Notes: a model not told the origin generated them from the sequence alone. A stretch of 64,000 nucleotides of DNA from Candidatus Moraniibacteriota bacterium (GCA_030645735.1 JAUSNP010000006.1:196095-260094); one strand, 5' to 3'; positions 36,880 through 47,051 are shown, numbered from the stretch's first letter. Made by a program: numbers and translations.

Positions 36880-37833
36880 CTATTTTTGTTTAATCCTAGG
36901 TAATTTTTCCATAATATCAGCTTCATTGCGGTATTTTTCAGCTTTTTGAAGATTGCCTTGTAAAACATAAATTCTGTGTAAAACTTTGTGCGCCCGAATA
37001 ATAGCATTGGTGTAGCTTCCCAAATCGTGGGATTTTTTCAAGGATTCTAAAGCTAAAAACTCTGCCCTATCCAGATTATCAAAATCAATTATTTTTTTCG
37101 ATTCTTTCAACTGTCGCTCTGCTAAACTTGTGTAAGCGTCAGCCGCCTCATTCATGGCTCGAGCCGCCTCAATCTCATCACCATTCTCTTCAAACACTTT
37201 TTGATATTTTTCAAACGCAATCGCCTTGTCTTTGGGTTTCAATACTCTATTATATGTCATTCCAAAGCCAACTTTAGCCTCTAGCACTTGATCCCCTATT
37301 TCCCTAGCCAATCCAACAACTTTTTTATTCGTCTCAACAGCTGCATTTGGATTTTTCTCAACCATTGATTGCCAAGTAGCCAAATCATGCATTGCCCTTG
37401 TATAAACTGACGGATCTGAAAATTTGTTTTCATTTGCAAAAACAATATTTATCAACCTGAAAAATCGCAATTCATCGCGCGTATAATAGGCCAAGCCAAT
37501 CATTTCGTTCAAAATATTTTCCGGCCAACCGATTTTGTGAATCCAATCCAAAACTTTTCCGCTATCTACATAATATATGTCGTCCATCTTTCCAAATTCT
37601 TCTTCAAACATCCGGTCAAAACCAGCCCGCAAAAGAAGCAAATTCTGGTTATTATTTTCCCGATTCAACATAGCACCCCGCCACAAACCAGGGTTTTTCA
37701 AAATCTCCTGAATCCGACTTAGATCCTTACTCGCCAGCGCTTCTGGCATAGATCCAACAGTCTCAATAACCTCTTTGGGAGGCTTAGCTATCCATTTCTC
37801 TTTATGATCAATTGGTCCAGATTCAATTCCCAT
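36880..37833 (-). CDS. Hypothetical alpha-helical (TPR-like) protein
   Basis: 317-aa ORF with Ala-rich helical repeats. Confidence 0.7.
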   Translation of the reverse strand: MGIESGPIDHKEKWIAKPPKEVIETVGSMPEALASKDLSRIQEILKNPGLWRGAMLNRENNNQNLLLLRAGFDRMFEEEFGKMDDIYYVDSGKVLDWIHKIGWPENILNEMIGLAYYTRDELRFFRLINIVFANENKFSDPSVYTRAMHDLATWQSMVEKNPNAAVETNKKVVGLAREIGDQVLEAKVGFGMTYNRVLKPKDKAIAFEKYQKVFEENGDEIEAARAMNEAADAYTSLAERQLKESKKIIDFDNLDRAEFLALESLKKSHDLGSYTNAIIRAHKVLHRIYVLQGNLQKAEKYRNEADIMEKLPRIKQK

Positions 37834-37910
37834 AAGTTTAACAAAAAATTACATAGATATTTTTGAAAAATATCCTTCTTTAGATATTCTAACATATTCT
37901 CTAGCAAAAT

Positions 37911-37958
37911 AAAAAAGGCCGGCAGGATTTCTCGCGAATGCGAAATTTCCTGCCGGCC
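37911..37958 (-). terminator. Intrinsic terminator
   Basis: GGCCGGCAGGA / TCCTGCCGGCC stem with an A6 run on the + strand. Confidence 0.82.
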
Positions 37959-37969
37959 ACGTCAACACA

Positions 37970-38566
37970 CTAAATAATTTTGGCAAGCAATCTGGAGATT
38001 GCAGCAAGGGAAAACATATCACCAACTTTGGTTGCTATTTTCCAGGGCAATAGGTAACAATCTTCAACCCCTTCATCATCCATCGACTTATTGCGACAAA
38101 CAATAAATGGGTCAATTTTGTACAAACCTAGAATGCCATCGAAAATAATTAGATTTGAATCAAGTTCACAAGCAAATACTTGTACGCCATCATCTCCACT
38201 TGTCTTAAAGTGGGTACTGTTAGGATTCATGGGGTCACCGTCCAAGATCGTCAAGCTCGATGAGCTAATTCCTAGCTCTTCAGCCAACTCACGTTCCGCA
38301 GCCTGCATATGAGTTTCTCCCTTTCTTTTTCCCCCTCGTGGAATGTTGAGTGTCCAGCCGTCTTGATTGGGTCGATGTTGTAAAAGCATACCAACATAAA
38401 ATTGCTGGTCAATGAAGGCATACGGAACAATAATTGAACCGCCGCCGCCTTCTTCCTTGAAACTCCAGAAAACTTTTCCGTCCAAAGTCCTCCAAACAGA
38501 AAGCTCTCCTGAAGCCGTCTTGATTTGCAAATCCATCTCTAGCTTGATCACGGTCATCCCCCTCAT
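37970..38566 (-). CDS. NUDIX hydrolase (start uncertain)
   Basis: Nudix box GGKRKGETHMQAAERELAEELG. Confidence 0.85.
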   Translation of the reverse strand: MRGMTVIKLEMDLQIKTASGELSVWRTLDGKVFWSFKEEGGGGSIIVPYAFIDQQFYVGMLLQHRPNQDGWTLNIPRGGKRKGETHMQAAERELAEELGISSSSLTILDGDPMNPNSTHFKTSGDDGVQVFACELDSNLIIFDGILGLYKIDPFIVCRNKSMDDEGVEDCYLLPWKIATKVGDMFSLAAISRLLAKII

Positions 38567-38654
38567 TATATTGGGTATCTTTTTAATATTTTTAATAAAG
38601 AAGCTTTGCTTCTTATTTTTTAATGAACCATCAAGGGCCACCTTTCAATGTACG

Positions 38655-38683
38655 ATTTTAGCATAAGTAAATTATACAGTCAA
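38655..38683 (-). promoter_or_regulatory. Sigma70 promoter
   Basis: TTGACT-17 nt-TAAAAT with extended TG. Confidence 0.75.
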
Positions 38684-38741
38684 TGTTTTGACAATACAAA
38701 AAATGGCTTTTTTCAAGCCATTATTTGATTAGATAATATCT

Positions 38742-39986
38742 TTATTTCAAGCCTTTATATAGGGGGAATTTTTTGCACAAGGTGATCACTTCTTTGTGAA
38801 TTTCTCGCAACTTCTTTTCATCAGTGTGATTTTCAATCACCTGTGTGATCCACAAAGCAATTTTGCGAATTTCTTTTTCTTTCATACCTCGACTAGTGAT
38901 AGCTGGCACACCGATGCGCACGCCACTTGGATCCATCGGGCTTCGCGGATCATCGGGAATCATATTTTTGTTCAAGGTGATGCCAACTTTGTCCAAAGCT
39001 TTCTCCGCTTCTTTGCCAGTCACACCCTTTGATCCAAAAACATCCACCAAAACCATATGGTTGTCGGTGCCGCCAAACATCAATTTGAAGCCATGTTTTT
39101 TGAGTTCAATTTCCAAAACCTTGGCGTTGGTAATCACTTGCTTGGCATATTTTTGGAAAGATGGTTTCAAAGCTTCACCAAAAGCCACCGCCTTGGCGGC
39201 AATGATTTGTTCGTGTGGTCCGCCTTGGAAACCTGGGAAAGTGGCTTTGTCGATTGCGCTGGCAAATTTTTCTTTGCACATAATCATGCCTCCACGTGGT
39301 CCACGCAAAGTTTTGTGGGTGGTGGTGGTCACAATATCAAAATATGGAACTGGATTTGGCAAAGCCTTGCCCGCAATGAGTCCTGCAATATGCGCAATGT
39401 CAAACATGGTGATGGCTCCAACTTTTTTGGCAATGGCCGCGAATTTCTTATAGTCCAATTGGCGAGTATAAGCTGAGAATCCTGCCAAAATCATTTGTGG
39501 TTTTTCTTTTAAAGCCATCTTCTCCAATTCTTTATAATCTATCTTGCCATTCTTGTCAGTTTTATAGCGCACGAAGTTATAAATCTTGGCTGACAAAGTC
39601 ACTGGATGACCATGGGTCAAATGTCCACCATGTGACAAATCCATACCCAAAACTTTGTCGCCTGGTTTCAACACGGCGCTGTAGGCAATCATATTAGCTG
39701 GCGCGCCAGACAATGGTTGCACATTCACGTGTTCTGCTCCAAAAAGTTCCTTAGCTCGATCAATGGCCAATTGTTCCACAATATCAATATATTCCTGACC
39801 ACCATAATATCTTTTTCCGGGATAACCTTCCGAATATTTGTTGGTCAAAACTGAACCCATTGCTTCCAACACCGCCTCAGAAACATAATTTTCTGACGCA
39901 ATCAATTCCATACCCTCGCGTTGTCTTTTCAATTCTCCTTGGATCGCTTTATACACCTTTGAATCCTGTTTTTTCAATATTGACAT
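38742..39986 (-). CDS. glyA: Serine hydroxymethyltransferase
   Basis: [41 protein letters not shown]; start taken at MSILKK. Confidence 0.98.
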   Translation of the reverse strand: MSILKKQDSKVYKAIQGELKRQREGMELIASENYVSEAVLEAMGSVLTNKYSEGYPGKRYYGGQEYIDIVEQLAIDRAKELFGAEHVNVQPLSGAPANMIAYSAVLKPGDKVLGMDLSHGGHLTHGHPVTLSAKIYNFVRYKTDKNGKIDYKELEKMALKEKPQMILAGFSAYTRQLDYKKFAAIAKKVGAITMFDIAHIAGLIAGKALPNPVPYFDIVTTTTHKTLRGPRGGMIMCKEKFASAIDKATFPGFQGGPHEQIIAAKAVAFGEALKPSFQKYAKQVITNAKVLEIELKKHGFKLMFGGTDNHMVLVDVFGSKGVTGKEAEKALDKVGITLNKNMIPDDPRSPMDPSGVRIGVPAITSRGMKEKEIRKIALWITQVIENHTDEKKLREIHKEVITLCKKFPLYKGLK

Positions 39987-39998
39987 AGGATTTTTTAT

Positions 39999-40099
39999 TG
40001 TCATCCCGGGCTTGACCCGGGATCTACTCTGCGTTTCACTGAATTAAATTTAGATTCGCAATTACAGTGAGCAGATTCCGGCTCAAGGCCGGAATGACA
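39999..40099. repeat. Inverted pair of short palindromes (REPIN-like, TGTCAT..ATGACA family)
   Basis: TGTCATCCCGGGCTTGACCCGGGATCT ... AGATTCCGGCTCAAGGCCGGAATGACA. Confidence 0.88.
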
Positions 40100-40108
40100 G
40101 TTTATTTA

Positions 40109-41044
40109 TTATTTTTTAGTTGATTTTAAATACTCCTTTAGAGCATCTTTATAACTCCGCATCGGATTCAATTTCGTGTTGAGCAAAACTGAATAGTGCG
40201 GTCTAGCTGCTGGTCTGGGAAATTCTGAACCCAGAACTGGAGTGACTTTAGTTTTCACTTTAGTCTGCTTATACAATTCTAGAACAGCTTCGTACCAAGT
40301 GCAAGCATCGCCATTCATGATGTGATAGATGCCAAATGGCTTTTCCGCCTCGATGATTTCTTTGGTTTTTTGAGCCAAATCTGGCGCATAGGTGAAACAA
40401 CTCGTTTCTTCATCCACCACTTTGACTTCTTTGTTTTTCTTACCCACCTCCAACATTATATCAAAAAAACTCCGCTTAGCTCCCTCACTAGTAGCTGGCT
40501 TACCGAAAAGTTTTGAGAGTCGGATAATATAAAAATTCTTGGAATTTTTGGCTACTTCTTTTTCGCCCATCAATTTTGTTTTGCCATACTTGGAAATCGG
40601 ATTGGGTTTCGCCTCTTCATCAAAACCGATCTGTGGCACAAAATCTTCATGCAGACTGCAAGTTGAACAGCGATGTGAACATCCATTTGGTTCTGGAATT
40701 TCGGGTTGACCATCAAAAACATAATCCGTCGAATAGTGCACCAATGTGGCTTTGATTTTTTGGGCCACTTTTGCCAAATAGCCTGGCGCACTGCCGTTCA
40801 GTTTTTTCGCCAAAGCTAATTCTTTTTTGTCTTCCTCGCATTTGTCCACTGCGTTATAGGCAGCAGAGTTGATAATCACATCTGGTTTCAACTTGGAAAT
40901 TTTTGTATTCACTTCTTTTTCTGAAGTCACATCAATATCCCCGCGATCCCACGCCACAACCTCATAGTCAGAATCTTTTTTGAAAACTCTGACGAGCTCT
41001 TGCCCCAGCATACCATTGGCGCCAATTATTAGAATTTTTTTCAT
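40109..41044 (-). CDS. rmlD: dTDP-4-dehydrorhamnose reductase
   Basis: GANGMLG, AAYNAVD.CE, STDYVFDG, YGKTK, PAARP. Confidence 0.93.
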   Translation of the reverse strand: MKKILIIGANGMLGQELVRVFKKDSDYEVVAWDRGDIDVTSEKEVNTKISKLKPDVIINSAAYNAVDKCEEDKKELALAKKLNGSAPGYLAKVAQKIKATLVHYSTDYVFDGQPEIPEPNGCSHRCSTCSLHEDFVPQIGFDEEAKPNPISKYGKTKLMGEKEVAKNSKNFYIIRLSKLFGKPATSEGAKRSFFDIMLEVGKKNKEVKVVDEETSCFTYAPDLAQKTKEIIEAEKPFGIYHIMNGDACTWYEAVLELYKQTKVKTKVTPVLGSEFPRPAARPHYSVLLNTKLNPMRSYKDALKEYLKSTKK

Positions 41045-41058
41045 ATTATTTTTTTTAT

Positions 41059-41775
41059 TTAAACATTAATAATTCCTTCAAGATATTTTTTAACTTCCAG
41101 TTGCTCCTTAAACGAGTTTTCTAATTCGATGCTGATAATATCCGGCAGATATTGTAAATATTTTTTTATATAATTCACTTCGGAAAGGTCTTTCAACCAA
41201 TGATCTGAGCATATCACATTGCCTGGGAGATGTGGGTCTTCTTTGGGATGATTAACAGCTGAGATATGCGCGCAACCAACAGGAAATTTCTCCAATATCT
41301 TCATTATTACATCTTTTTTTACATCATAATCCGACCCACACTGGAAAATATAATCCTCCCAGTGGCTAACATCCAAACAGAAGCCGCCATAAAATGCCAG
41401 CTCATCGGCTGTAGGCACAACGATTGAATTTTCAACATAAATCCGTTTGGCATATTTTGAAAAATTATCAACCAATGGATATTGACTTGTTGCGGAGTGT
41501 ATATTGAAAACTTTCACATCATATCTTTCAACCAAATAATCAACTTCGGCAAGTGTCATATCGCCTCTGAGATGGACATGCGGCACACTGCGCAAAGGAG
41601 TTTCTTCAAGCCTTTTATACAACTCCTGCCGATCTTCAACAGCTAGGTTAGTGAGGAATAAAGATATCTCCGTTAAATTGTATAATTTTATTTCTTCAAT
41701 TTTTTCCCTCCAATTTGAACCCTCTGTCGTTGTCAGACTGAGAAGGATTTTTTTATTTCCCGTACTGTTTTTCAT
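41059..41775 (-). CDS. Hypothetical protein, possibly a metal-binding TIM barrel
   Basis: HVH, NIH, YVEN, CLDVSH, HIS and IELEN pattern reminiscent of the xylose isomerase/AP endonuclease fold. Confidence 0.6.
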   Translation of the reverse strand: MKNSTGNKKILLSLTTTEGSNWREKIEEIKLYNLTEISLFLTNLAVEDRQELYKRLEETPLRSVPHVHLRGDMTLAEVDYLVERYDVKVFNIHSATSQYPLVDNFSKYAKRIYVENSIVVPTADELAFYGGFCLDVSHWEDYIFQCGSDYDVKKDVIMKILEKFPVGCAHISAVNHPKEDPHLPGNVICSDHWLKDLSEVNYIKKYLQYLPDIISIELENSFKEQLEVKKYLEGIINV

Positions 41776-42757
41776 AATATTTGGCATATTCACCGCTTTT
41801 GATGTCTTTCCACCAAGCCTCATTGTTTTTGTACCATTCAATTGTTTTTTGTAGCCCTTCTTCAAAACTCACACTTGGTTCCCATCCCAATTCATTCTTG
41901 ATTTTAGAAAAATCAATTGCATAGCGCCTATCATGTCCTGGACGATCTTTTACGAATTCGATCATATCCTCACCTTTACCCATCAATTCTAAAATTTTGT
42001 AAGTAATCTCCTTGTTATTCTTTTCCGCATCACCTCCCACACAATAGGTCTCGCCAATTCTGCCCTTGTGAATAATTGCATCAATCGCAACGCAATGATC
42101 TTCCACATAGAGCCAATCACGCACATTCATGCCATCACCATACAATGGAACTTTTTTATCTTCAATCAGATTAGTAATAAACAATGGGAAAAGTTTTTCT
42201 GGAAACATATATGGTCCATAATTATTGGAACAATTGGAAATTGTTATTGGCAAATTATAGGTGTGAAAATAGGCTCGCACCAAATGATCTGATGAAGCCT
42301 TGGAAGCTGAATATGGACTGCGTGGATCATAGGGAGTTTTTTCATTGAATTTTGGATCATCCATTTTCAACGCGCCAAAAACTTCATCCGTTGAAACATG
42401 ATGAAATCTTTTGTTGCCGTTGTTTTTTGCGGCTTCCAAAAGCGTGTGTGTGCCGATCACATTGGTGCGAATAAATTCTTCTGAATCCAGAATTGAACGA
42501 TCTACATGTGATTCAGCCGCAAAATGCACGATTATATCACAATCTTTCACGAGATTATTCACCAATTCAAAATCAGCAATGTCCCCTTTTACAAATTTAT
42601 AATTTGGATTGTTCTCAAGCTCTTTCAAATTCTCCAAATTTCCAGCATAGGTCAAAAGATCCAAATTGACCACCTGATAATCCGGATATTTTTTGAGAAT
42701 ATAATGCACAAAGTTTGAACCAATAAAACCTGCGCCACCTGTGACTAATAATTTCAT
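41753..42757 (-). CDS. rmlB: dTDP-glucose 4,6-dehydratase
   Basis: TGGAGFIGSN, HFAAESHVDRS, STDEV, SPYSASKA, DRPGHDRRY. Confidence 0.97.
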   Translation of the reverse strand: MKLLVTGGAGFIGSNFVHYILKKYPDYQVVNLDLLTYAGNLENLKELENNPNYKFVKGDIADFELVNNLVKDCDIIVHFAAESHVDRSILDSEEFIRTNVIGTHTLLEAAKNNGNKRFHHVSTDEVFGALKMDDPKFNEKTPYDPRSPYSASKASSDHLVRAYFHTYNLPITISNCSNNYGPYMFPEKLFPLFITNLIEDKKVPLYGDGMNVRDWLYVEDHCVAIDAIIHKGRIGETYCVGGDAEKNNKEITYKILELMGKGEDMIEFVKDRPGHDRRYAIDFSKIKNELGWEPSVSFEEGLQKTIEWYKNNEAWWKDIKSGEYAKYYEKQYGK

Positions 42758-42764
42758 AAAAAAT

Positions 42765-42844
42765 AGTCTATAAAGCTGAAAGTCTATAAAGTCTATAAAG
42801 CATTTTGCTTGACGGACTTGATGGACTTTACGACTTTATGGACT
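42765..42844. repeat. 9-mer inverted-array element between rmlC and rmlB
   Basis: AGTCTATAAAGCTGAAAGTCTATAAAGTCTATAAAGC / GCTTGACGGACTTGATGGACTTTACGACTTTATGGACT. Confidence 0.92.
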
Positions 42845-42850
42845 CTGCAA

Positions 42851-43396
42851 TTAAAACGGTGAATTAAAATCTCTAAAAAACTGTTGCTTCTGATCTTTTT
42901 CTGACAAAATCGGATTTTCAATCGGCCAATAGATTTTCAAATCGGGATCGTTCCAGGCAATTCCACTATCTTGCGTGGGCGCATAAAAATTGTCGCATTT
43001 ATATTGAAATTCAGTATAGTCTTCCAAAGTACAATAACCATGCGCAAACCCGCGTGGGACAAACAGCATCCAAAAGTTTTTAGCCGTCAACTCAAAAGCT
43101 TCCCACTTGCCATAGGTTTCTGAATCTTTGCGCAGATCAACTATCACATCATAAACCGCGCCTTTAGTCACCCGCACCAACTTAGCTTGCGCCGCGTCTC
43201 CCAATTGAAAATGCAAGCCACGCAACACACCCTTGGTGACTGACATGGCATGATTATCTTGCACGAAATCCGCTTCAATTCCAGCGGCCTTGAAATCCTT
43301 TTCGGAATAAGTCTCCATGAAAAAGCCTCGTTCATCTTGAAAAACTCTGGGCTTGATTATGTAAGCACCTTTGAGCGTTGTTTCTATGATTTCCAT
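42851..43396 (-). CDS. rmlC: dTDP-4-dehydrorhamnose 3,5-epimerase
   Basis: DERGFF, VQDN, GVLRGLHFQ, QAKLV, GFAHG. Confidence 0.97.
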   Translation of the reverse strand: MEIIETTLKGAYIIKPRVFQDERGFFMETYSEKDFKAAGIEADFVQDNHAMSVTKGVLRGLHFQLGDAAQAKLVRVTKGAVYDVIVDLRKDSETYGKWEAFELTAKNFWMLFVPRGFAHGYCTLEDYTEFQYKCDNFYAPTQDSGIAWNDPDLKIYWPIENPILSEKDQKQQFFRDFNSPF

Positions 43397-43463
43397 ATAT
43401 ATTTTAGGCTTATTTTGCTTAATTCACTGCTTCCCCATTTTACCTCAAATCAGCTTTTTTGAC

Positions 43464-43499
43464 AAAAAAACCGCCTTGCCTGCGCAAAACGGTTTTTTT
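43464..43499. terminator. Intrinsic terminator
   Basis: A7-CCG...CGG-T7 downstream of the Wzz-like gene. Confidence 0.65.
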
Positions 43500-43503
43500 A
43501 TAT

Positions 43504-43576
43504 TGTCATTCCGGCCTCCCGCCTCGCTTCGACGAGCAATCGTCTTTGCGAGTCGAGGCGGGTGAGCCGGAATCCA
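43504..43576. repeat. TGTCAT-family palindrome interrupted by a 45 bp nested palindrome
   Basis: TGTCATTCCGGCCT[CCCGCCTCG...CGAGGCGGG]TGAGCCGGAATCC. Confidence 0.85.
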
Positions 43577-43585
43577 CTCAAAAGC

Positions 43586-44572
43586 TTATTTAAAAATTCC
43601 TCCACTCAAAAGCTTGTTCAATCTTTCCTTGACCTCCTCTGGAGTGGCTTCATGAGTGGTGTCTTTGGCTACCGCGTCAGAAACAATCATTTCGGCTGAT
43701 TCAGTTTTTTCAACTGGTTGCGCAGGTGTCGCGCTGAAAGAAAAATCTTCTTCGGCGATTGGCAAATTGGCTGGCGCAGCGGCTTTCTTTTCACCGCCAA
43801 TCAACTCATTCATTTTCGGAGCCACCAAAGCAGCTTCTTCTTCAATATTGAAATCTAGAGTTTTTTTATCTCCAAAAGCTTGTCCAAAATCCGGAAAAGA
43901 AAACTTTGGAAACGAGAATGATTTTTTTTCATCTTCCATTTCTCTAGGTTGTTCTACAAATTCTTCAACCATCAAATCTTCCCCATCTGAATTTTTTGCA
44001 AACAAAGTTAGTAAAAATTGAAATAACAATCCCACCAACAACCCCAACACCAAACTGATCATTGCAACTTTTGCAACTGAATCTTTTTTTGTAACTGCGG
44101 AAACGATTGGGCCATCGATCTTTTTCATGCCCAAATCCTCCATCGTATAATATTTACCCATCACAAAAATCAAGTCCGCTGCTGTTTGTTTGTTTACAAT
44201 TTCAGCTTGCAATTGAACATCATTGAAAGTCTTGACTCGCACCACTCCACTTCGACGAATTTGTTCCACTGAAACCATTGCGTTCCAAGCAGACTTTCTT
44301 TGGGCATCTGCCAATTGTGATGCTGAGTCTTCAATGTCAGAATTTTTTTCCAACAGCTTATCATAGAAAGACAACGACATCGGAATCTGCTTAGCATTGC
44401 CAATGATCTGGTCAATATTGCGCGCTGTCCAGTCATTCTTTGGCAACAGCAAGATGTCCGTTTCCACTTGAAAAGTCTTGTTTGTTCCCATCGCAACCAC
44501 AAAAAACACCACTGCCACTACCACGGTAGCGAGCCAAAAAGTCACTGCTTTGAATGTTTGTCGCATGTCCAT
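43586..44572 (-). CDS. Wzz/CpsC-like polysaccharide chain-length protein with an acidic tail
   Basis: Two TM helices flanking an extracellular domain; SLVLGLLVG; start taken at MDMRQ. Confidence 0.65.
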   Translation of the reverse strand: MDMRQTFKAVTFWLATVVVAVVFFVVAMGTNKTFQVETDILLLPKNDWTARNIDQIIGNAKQIPMSLSFYDKLLEKNSDIEDSASQLADAQRKSAWNAMVSVEQIRRSGVVRVKTFNDVQLQAEIVNKQTAADLIFVMGKYYTMEDLGMKKIDGPIVSAVTKKDSVAKVAMISLVLGLLVGLLFQFLLTLFAKNSDGEDLMVEEFVEQPREMEDEKKSFSFPKFSFPDFGQAFGDKKTLDFNIEEEAALVAPKMNELIGGEKKAAAPANLPIAEEDFSFSATPAQPVEKTESAEMIVSDAVAKDTTHEATPEEVKERLNKLLSGGIFK

Positions 44573-44609
44573 ATTATTTGAAAAATTATGATAATTTACT
44601 CGATTACAT

Positions 44610-44637
44610 AGCTTAGCACTCCGCCCAAAAAAGTCAA
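44610..44637 (-). promoter_or_regulatory. Sigma70 promoter
   Basis: TTGACT-16 nt-TAAGCT with extended TG. Confidence 0.55.
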
Positions 44638-44659
44638 TAGGCAAACCCACCAAACATTC

Positions 44660-44682
44660 CTGTAGGGGTTTCACCCCTACAG
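44660..44682. repeat. REP palindrome (distal copy)
   Basis: CTGTAGGGGTTTCACCCCTACAG. Confidence 0.95.
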
Positions 44683-44775
44683 AACTAATTTTTCCAAATT
44701 TAAAGGGCAGTTGTCGTAATAGACTTCTGCCCTTCATTGGCCTGGTGGTTTCCTAAACCAACCTTAGCCAAAATC

Positions 44776-45309
44776 TTAGTGTTTGTGGAATGGCTTCCAC
44801 CCCATGACGGTTGCCAAGCCGATATAGACGAACCCTACCAGCACCAGCAAGGCTAGCCACCCCAGCCAGACAATGCTACTGGATGCGTTATTCTTGGCCT
44901 CGGAAGCATTGGCCTTGGCCTCAGTGACTCCCGTATTGAGAGTCGCATCTTCAGCCCTGAGCTCATCCAAGGCGCTATCGGTGGCCGCGCGATAATCTTC
45001 ATCACTCTTGATGTGATTCGCGAGACCATCCTCGACGCCTTTGACTCGTGTGTCGAGCTTCGCAACTCCCTCGTCGGTAGCCGCCTGCTTTTTGGCAAGG
45101 GCGGACAAATCTTTCTGCAACTTCGAAATTTTGTGACTCTCCTCCCGTTTGAAAGACTTCATTTCATCTGCTGTCGCCCAATAACCCTCGGCGACTCCAG
45201 ACGATTTGACTGCCACTTCACCGGCAGTTGTGAAAGCCTGCGCCATAATCGGCACAAACAACGTTGCCAATATTGCCCACACTACCATTATTTGTTTCAT
45301 GTGCTTCAC
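44776..45309 (-). CDS. Secreted coiled-coil protein with a C-terminal membrane anchor
   Basis: Signal peptide ending AQA, heptad-rich middle, C-terminal TM; GAGGTG SD. Confidence 0.78.
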   Translation of the reverse strand: MKHMKQIMVVWAILATLFVPIMAQAFTTAGEVAVKSSGVAEGYWATADEMKSFKREESHKISKLQKDLSALAKKQAATDEGVAKLDTRVKGVEDGLANHIKSDEDYRAATDSALDELRAEDATLNTGVTEAKANASEAKNNASSSIVWLGWLALLVLVGFVYIGLATVMGWKPFHKH

Positions 45310-45354
45310 CTCTGAAAAATTTTTGGAACGGGCTTCGCGTGAAGCCCGTCCTGG

Positions 45355-46749
45355 TTACGGGTTGAATTCGGTTGGGACTTTCCTTCCGTCCTCGATGCGC
45401 TTTCTGACCACAAAGTCATTCAACGCATTTTGGCCATGCAGAACATAGGTCACTCCCGCCCAAGTCATATATCCGTCAGCCATAAGCTTGTCGGCCTCTA
45501 CTTGATGCTTGGAGATGTCCCATCCCAACTGATGATTGCTCTCTGCGATCTGATAATCATTTTCTGCCAGACGCAGATATTTCACGTCACGCGTACAAGC
45601 ATACAGCTCGATATAATCATGCGCACGCTCCAACCGCTTAGTCATGTTGTAGAAAGACCAGCGATCACAACCATCAATCTCGTCTGAGTGCTTTTTGAGC
45701 AACTCATTGAACTTGGTAATTGTTTCGTTGGAGCATTTTGAACACGGTGGTTCCGCAATCTTCGCAGGCGGCGGAACAGCGGGTGTGGTTGTCGCAAGTG
45801 CCGGCTCACTCTTGCAAGTGACATTGACATTAATCGTCCTTTCCTCAGAACGAGTGTCAGCCAGCGGCGTGGATGTAACCGGCTTTTCATCGGCCAGCGG
45901 TTTTTTCTCAGCCTTCACAGGCGGAGATGTGACCAGAAACGCTGCATACTCGTCACTGAGACAAACCGCCTCAGCTTCCCAGTATCTCTCATTTCGCACT
46001 CGATTATTTCCGAGTTGACCGCCAACTGCGGCTGCTGTTCCTGTTTTAGAACCAACCTCCGAGGCCGCTGCTGACAATCCTAATGAGTTACCATAAGTAG
46101 CCGTCTCATGCTGGCGTCCACCACGGATTGCATAATACTGAAATCCGAGATTCACGCAAGCGTCCTCAATAGACGCCTCAACCCGAGCCTGCGGAGCTCT
46201 GGTGTCGCCCGCCAATGTCATGCTAGCAGTACTCCACTTTTCATCCTTTGGCCAAGGCAGGCACTGCACCTCTTTGACCTCACGATCAATCGGTTCGGAA
46301 ATTTCCGTGATGTCCAAAGACTTTCGCCCCTTGAACAAGTCATGAAAAAATCCCGTACCCCCTTTGGCGCGCCTAATCTTCTCGACTGAAACTGGCTCGG
46401 AGCTCGGGCAATATTCTGCCCATTCTCCACTCTCGGGAGCTGTTCCTGGAATAATCCCAGTCACAAACCCCGGCGCCGCAAGAAACTGGCGCGGAGTATT
46501 GACATGTTGCCCACCGCCATTAACAGCAATGTCGCCAATGGTCGCATCGGCGTCGCCGCCAGTGCCGATAGCCAAGCTTTCGGCGTCGCCACCGGTTGCG
46601 GTGTTGTTGTTGGTATTGGTACTGGTATTGTCCAGACCAATACCGATGTTGTTTCCGCTTCCCGATACATCGCCGACATCGCCGGCGAATACATTAGCAG
46701 AGAACAACAACGCCATAGCCATCACTACAAAAATCTGCATCCTTTTCAT
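45355..46749 (-). CDS. Secreted hypothetical protein with an N-terminal N/T/G-rich module and Cys-containing domains
   Basis: Signal peptide ending VFA; AGGAG SD; 464 aa. Confidence 0.8.
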   Translation of the reverse strand: MKRMQIFVVMAMALLFSANVFAGDVGDVSGSGNNIGIGLDNTSTNTNNNTATGGDAESLAIGTGGDADATIGDIAVNGGGQHVNTPRQFLAAPGFVTGIIPGTAPESGEWAEYCPSSEPVSVEKIRRAKGGTGFFHDLFKGRKSLDITEISEPIDREVKEVQCLPWPKDEKWSTASMTLAGDTRAPQARVEASIEDACVNLGFQYYAIRGGRQHETATYGNSLGLSAAASEVGSKTGTAAAVGGQLGNNRVRNERYWEAEAVCLSDEYAAFLVTSPPVKAEKKPLADEKPVTSTPLADTRSEERTINVNVTCKSEPALATTTPAVPPPAKIAEPPCSKCSNETITKFNELLKKHSDEIDGCDRWSFYNMTKRLERAHDYIELYACTRDVKYLRLAENDYQIAESNHQLGWDISKHQVEADKLMADGYMTWAGVTYVLHGQNALNDFVVRKRIEDGRKVPTEFNP

Positions 46750-46964
46750 GGTGTCTCTCCTGAAATCTTATTGGCACGATTGCGCGAACACACCCCTACG
46801 GCGGTCCATCAGCAATCGGCGAATTCTTCACTACAATATATATCATCCGAATTCATAACTGAGTATTCGGTTGTCAAGGGACATAAAAATCTATAATTTC
46901 ACAGCGTCCGTCAAAAAACGACCGACACTGAATCGAACATAGATAGAACTTTAAGGAACCTCGT

Positions 46965-46993
46965 ATTCTAGCAAAAATTTTGGTTTTTGTCAA
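46965..46993 (-). promoter_or_regulatory. Sigma70 promoter with a ~200 nt leader
   Basis: TTGACA-17 nt-TAGAAT with extended TG. Confidence 0.82.
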
Positions 46994-47051
46994 TGGCTAG
47001 GCTGTTTTGAGCCAATTTGAGCCTCCGAATGGCTATGCTTAATAAAATCAC

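Noticed and set aside
23950-44737. Long N-terminal extensions in the ORF track (wzm, the GTs at 27618 and 28972, glyA, the Wzz-like gene)
   Set aside because: They are read-throughs of repeat elements (e.g. LWTLSFTDFMDF, SVGVKPLQ); downstream ATGs match the family starts.
46791-46799. CACCCCTAC half-REP match
   Set aside because: Only 9 nt with no palindromic partner, so possibly chance.
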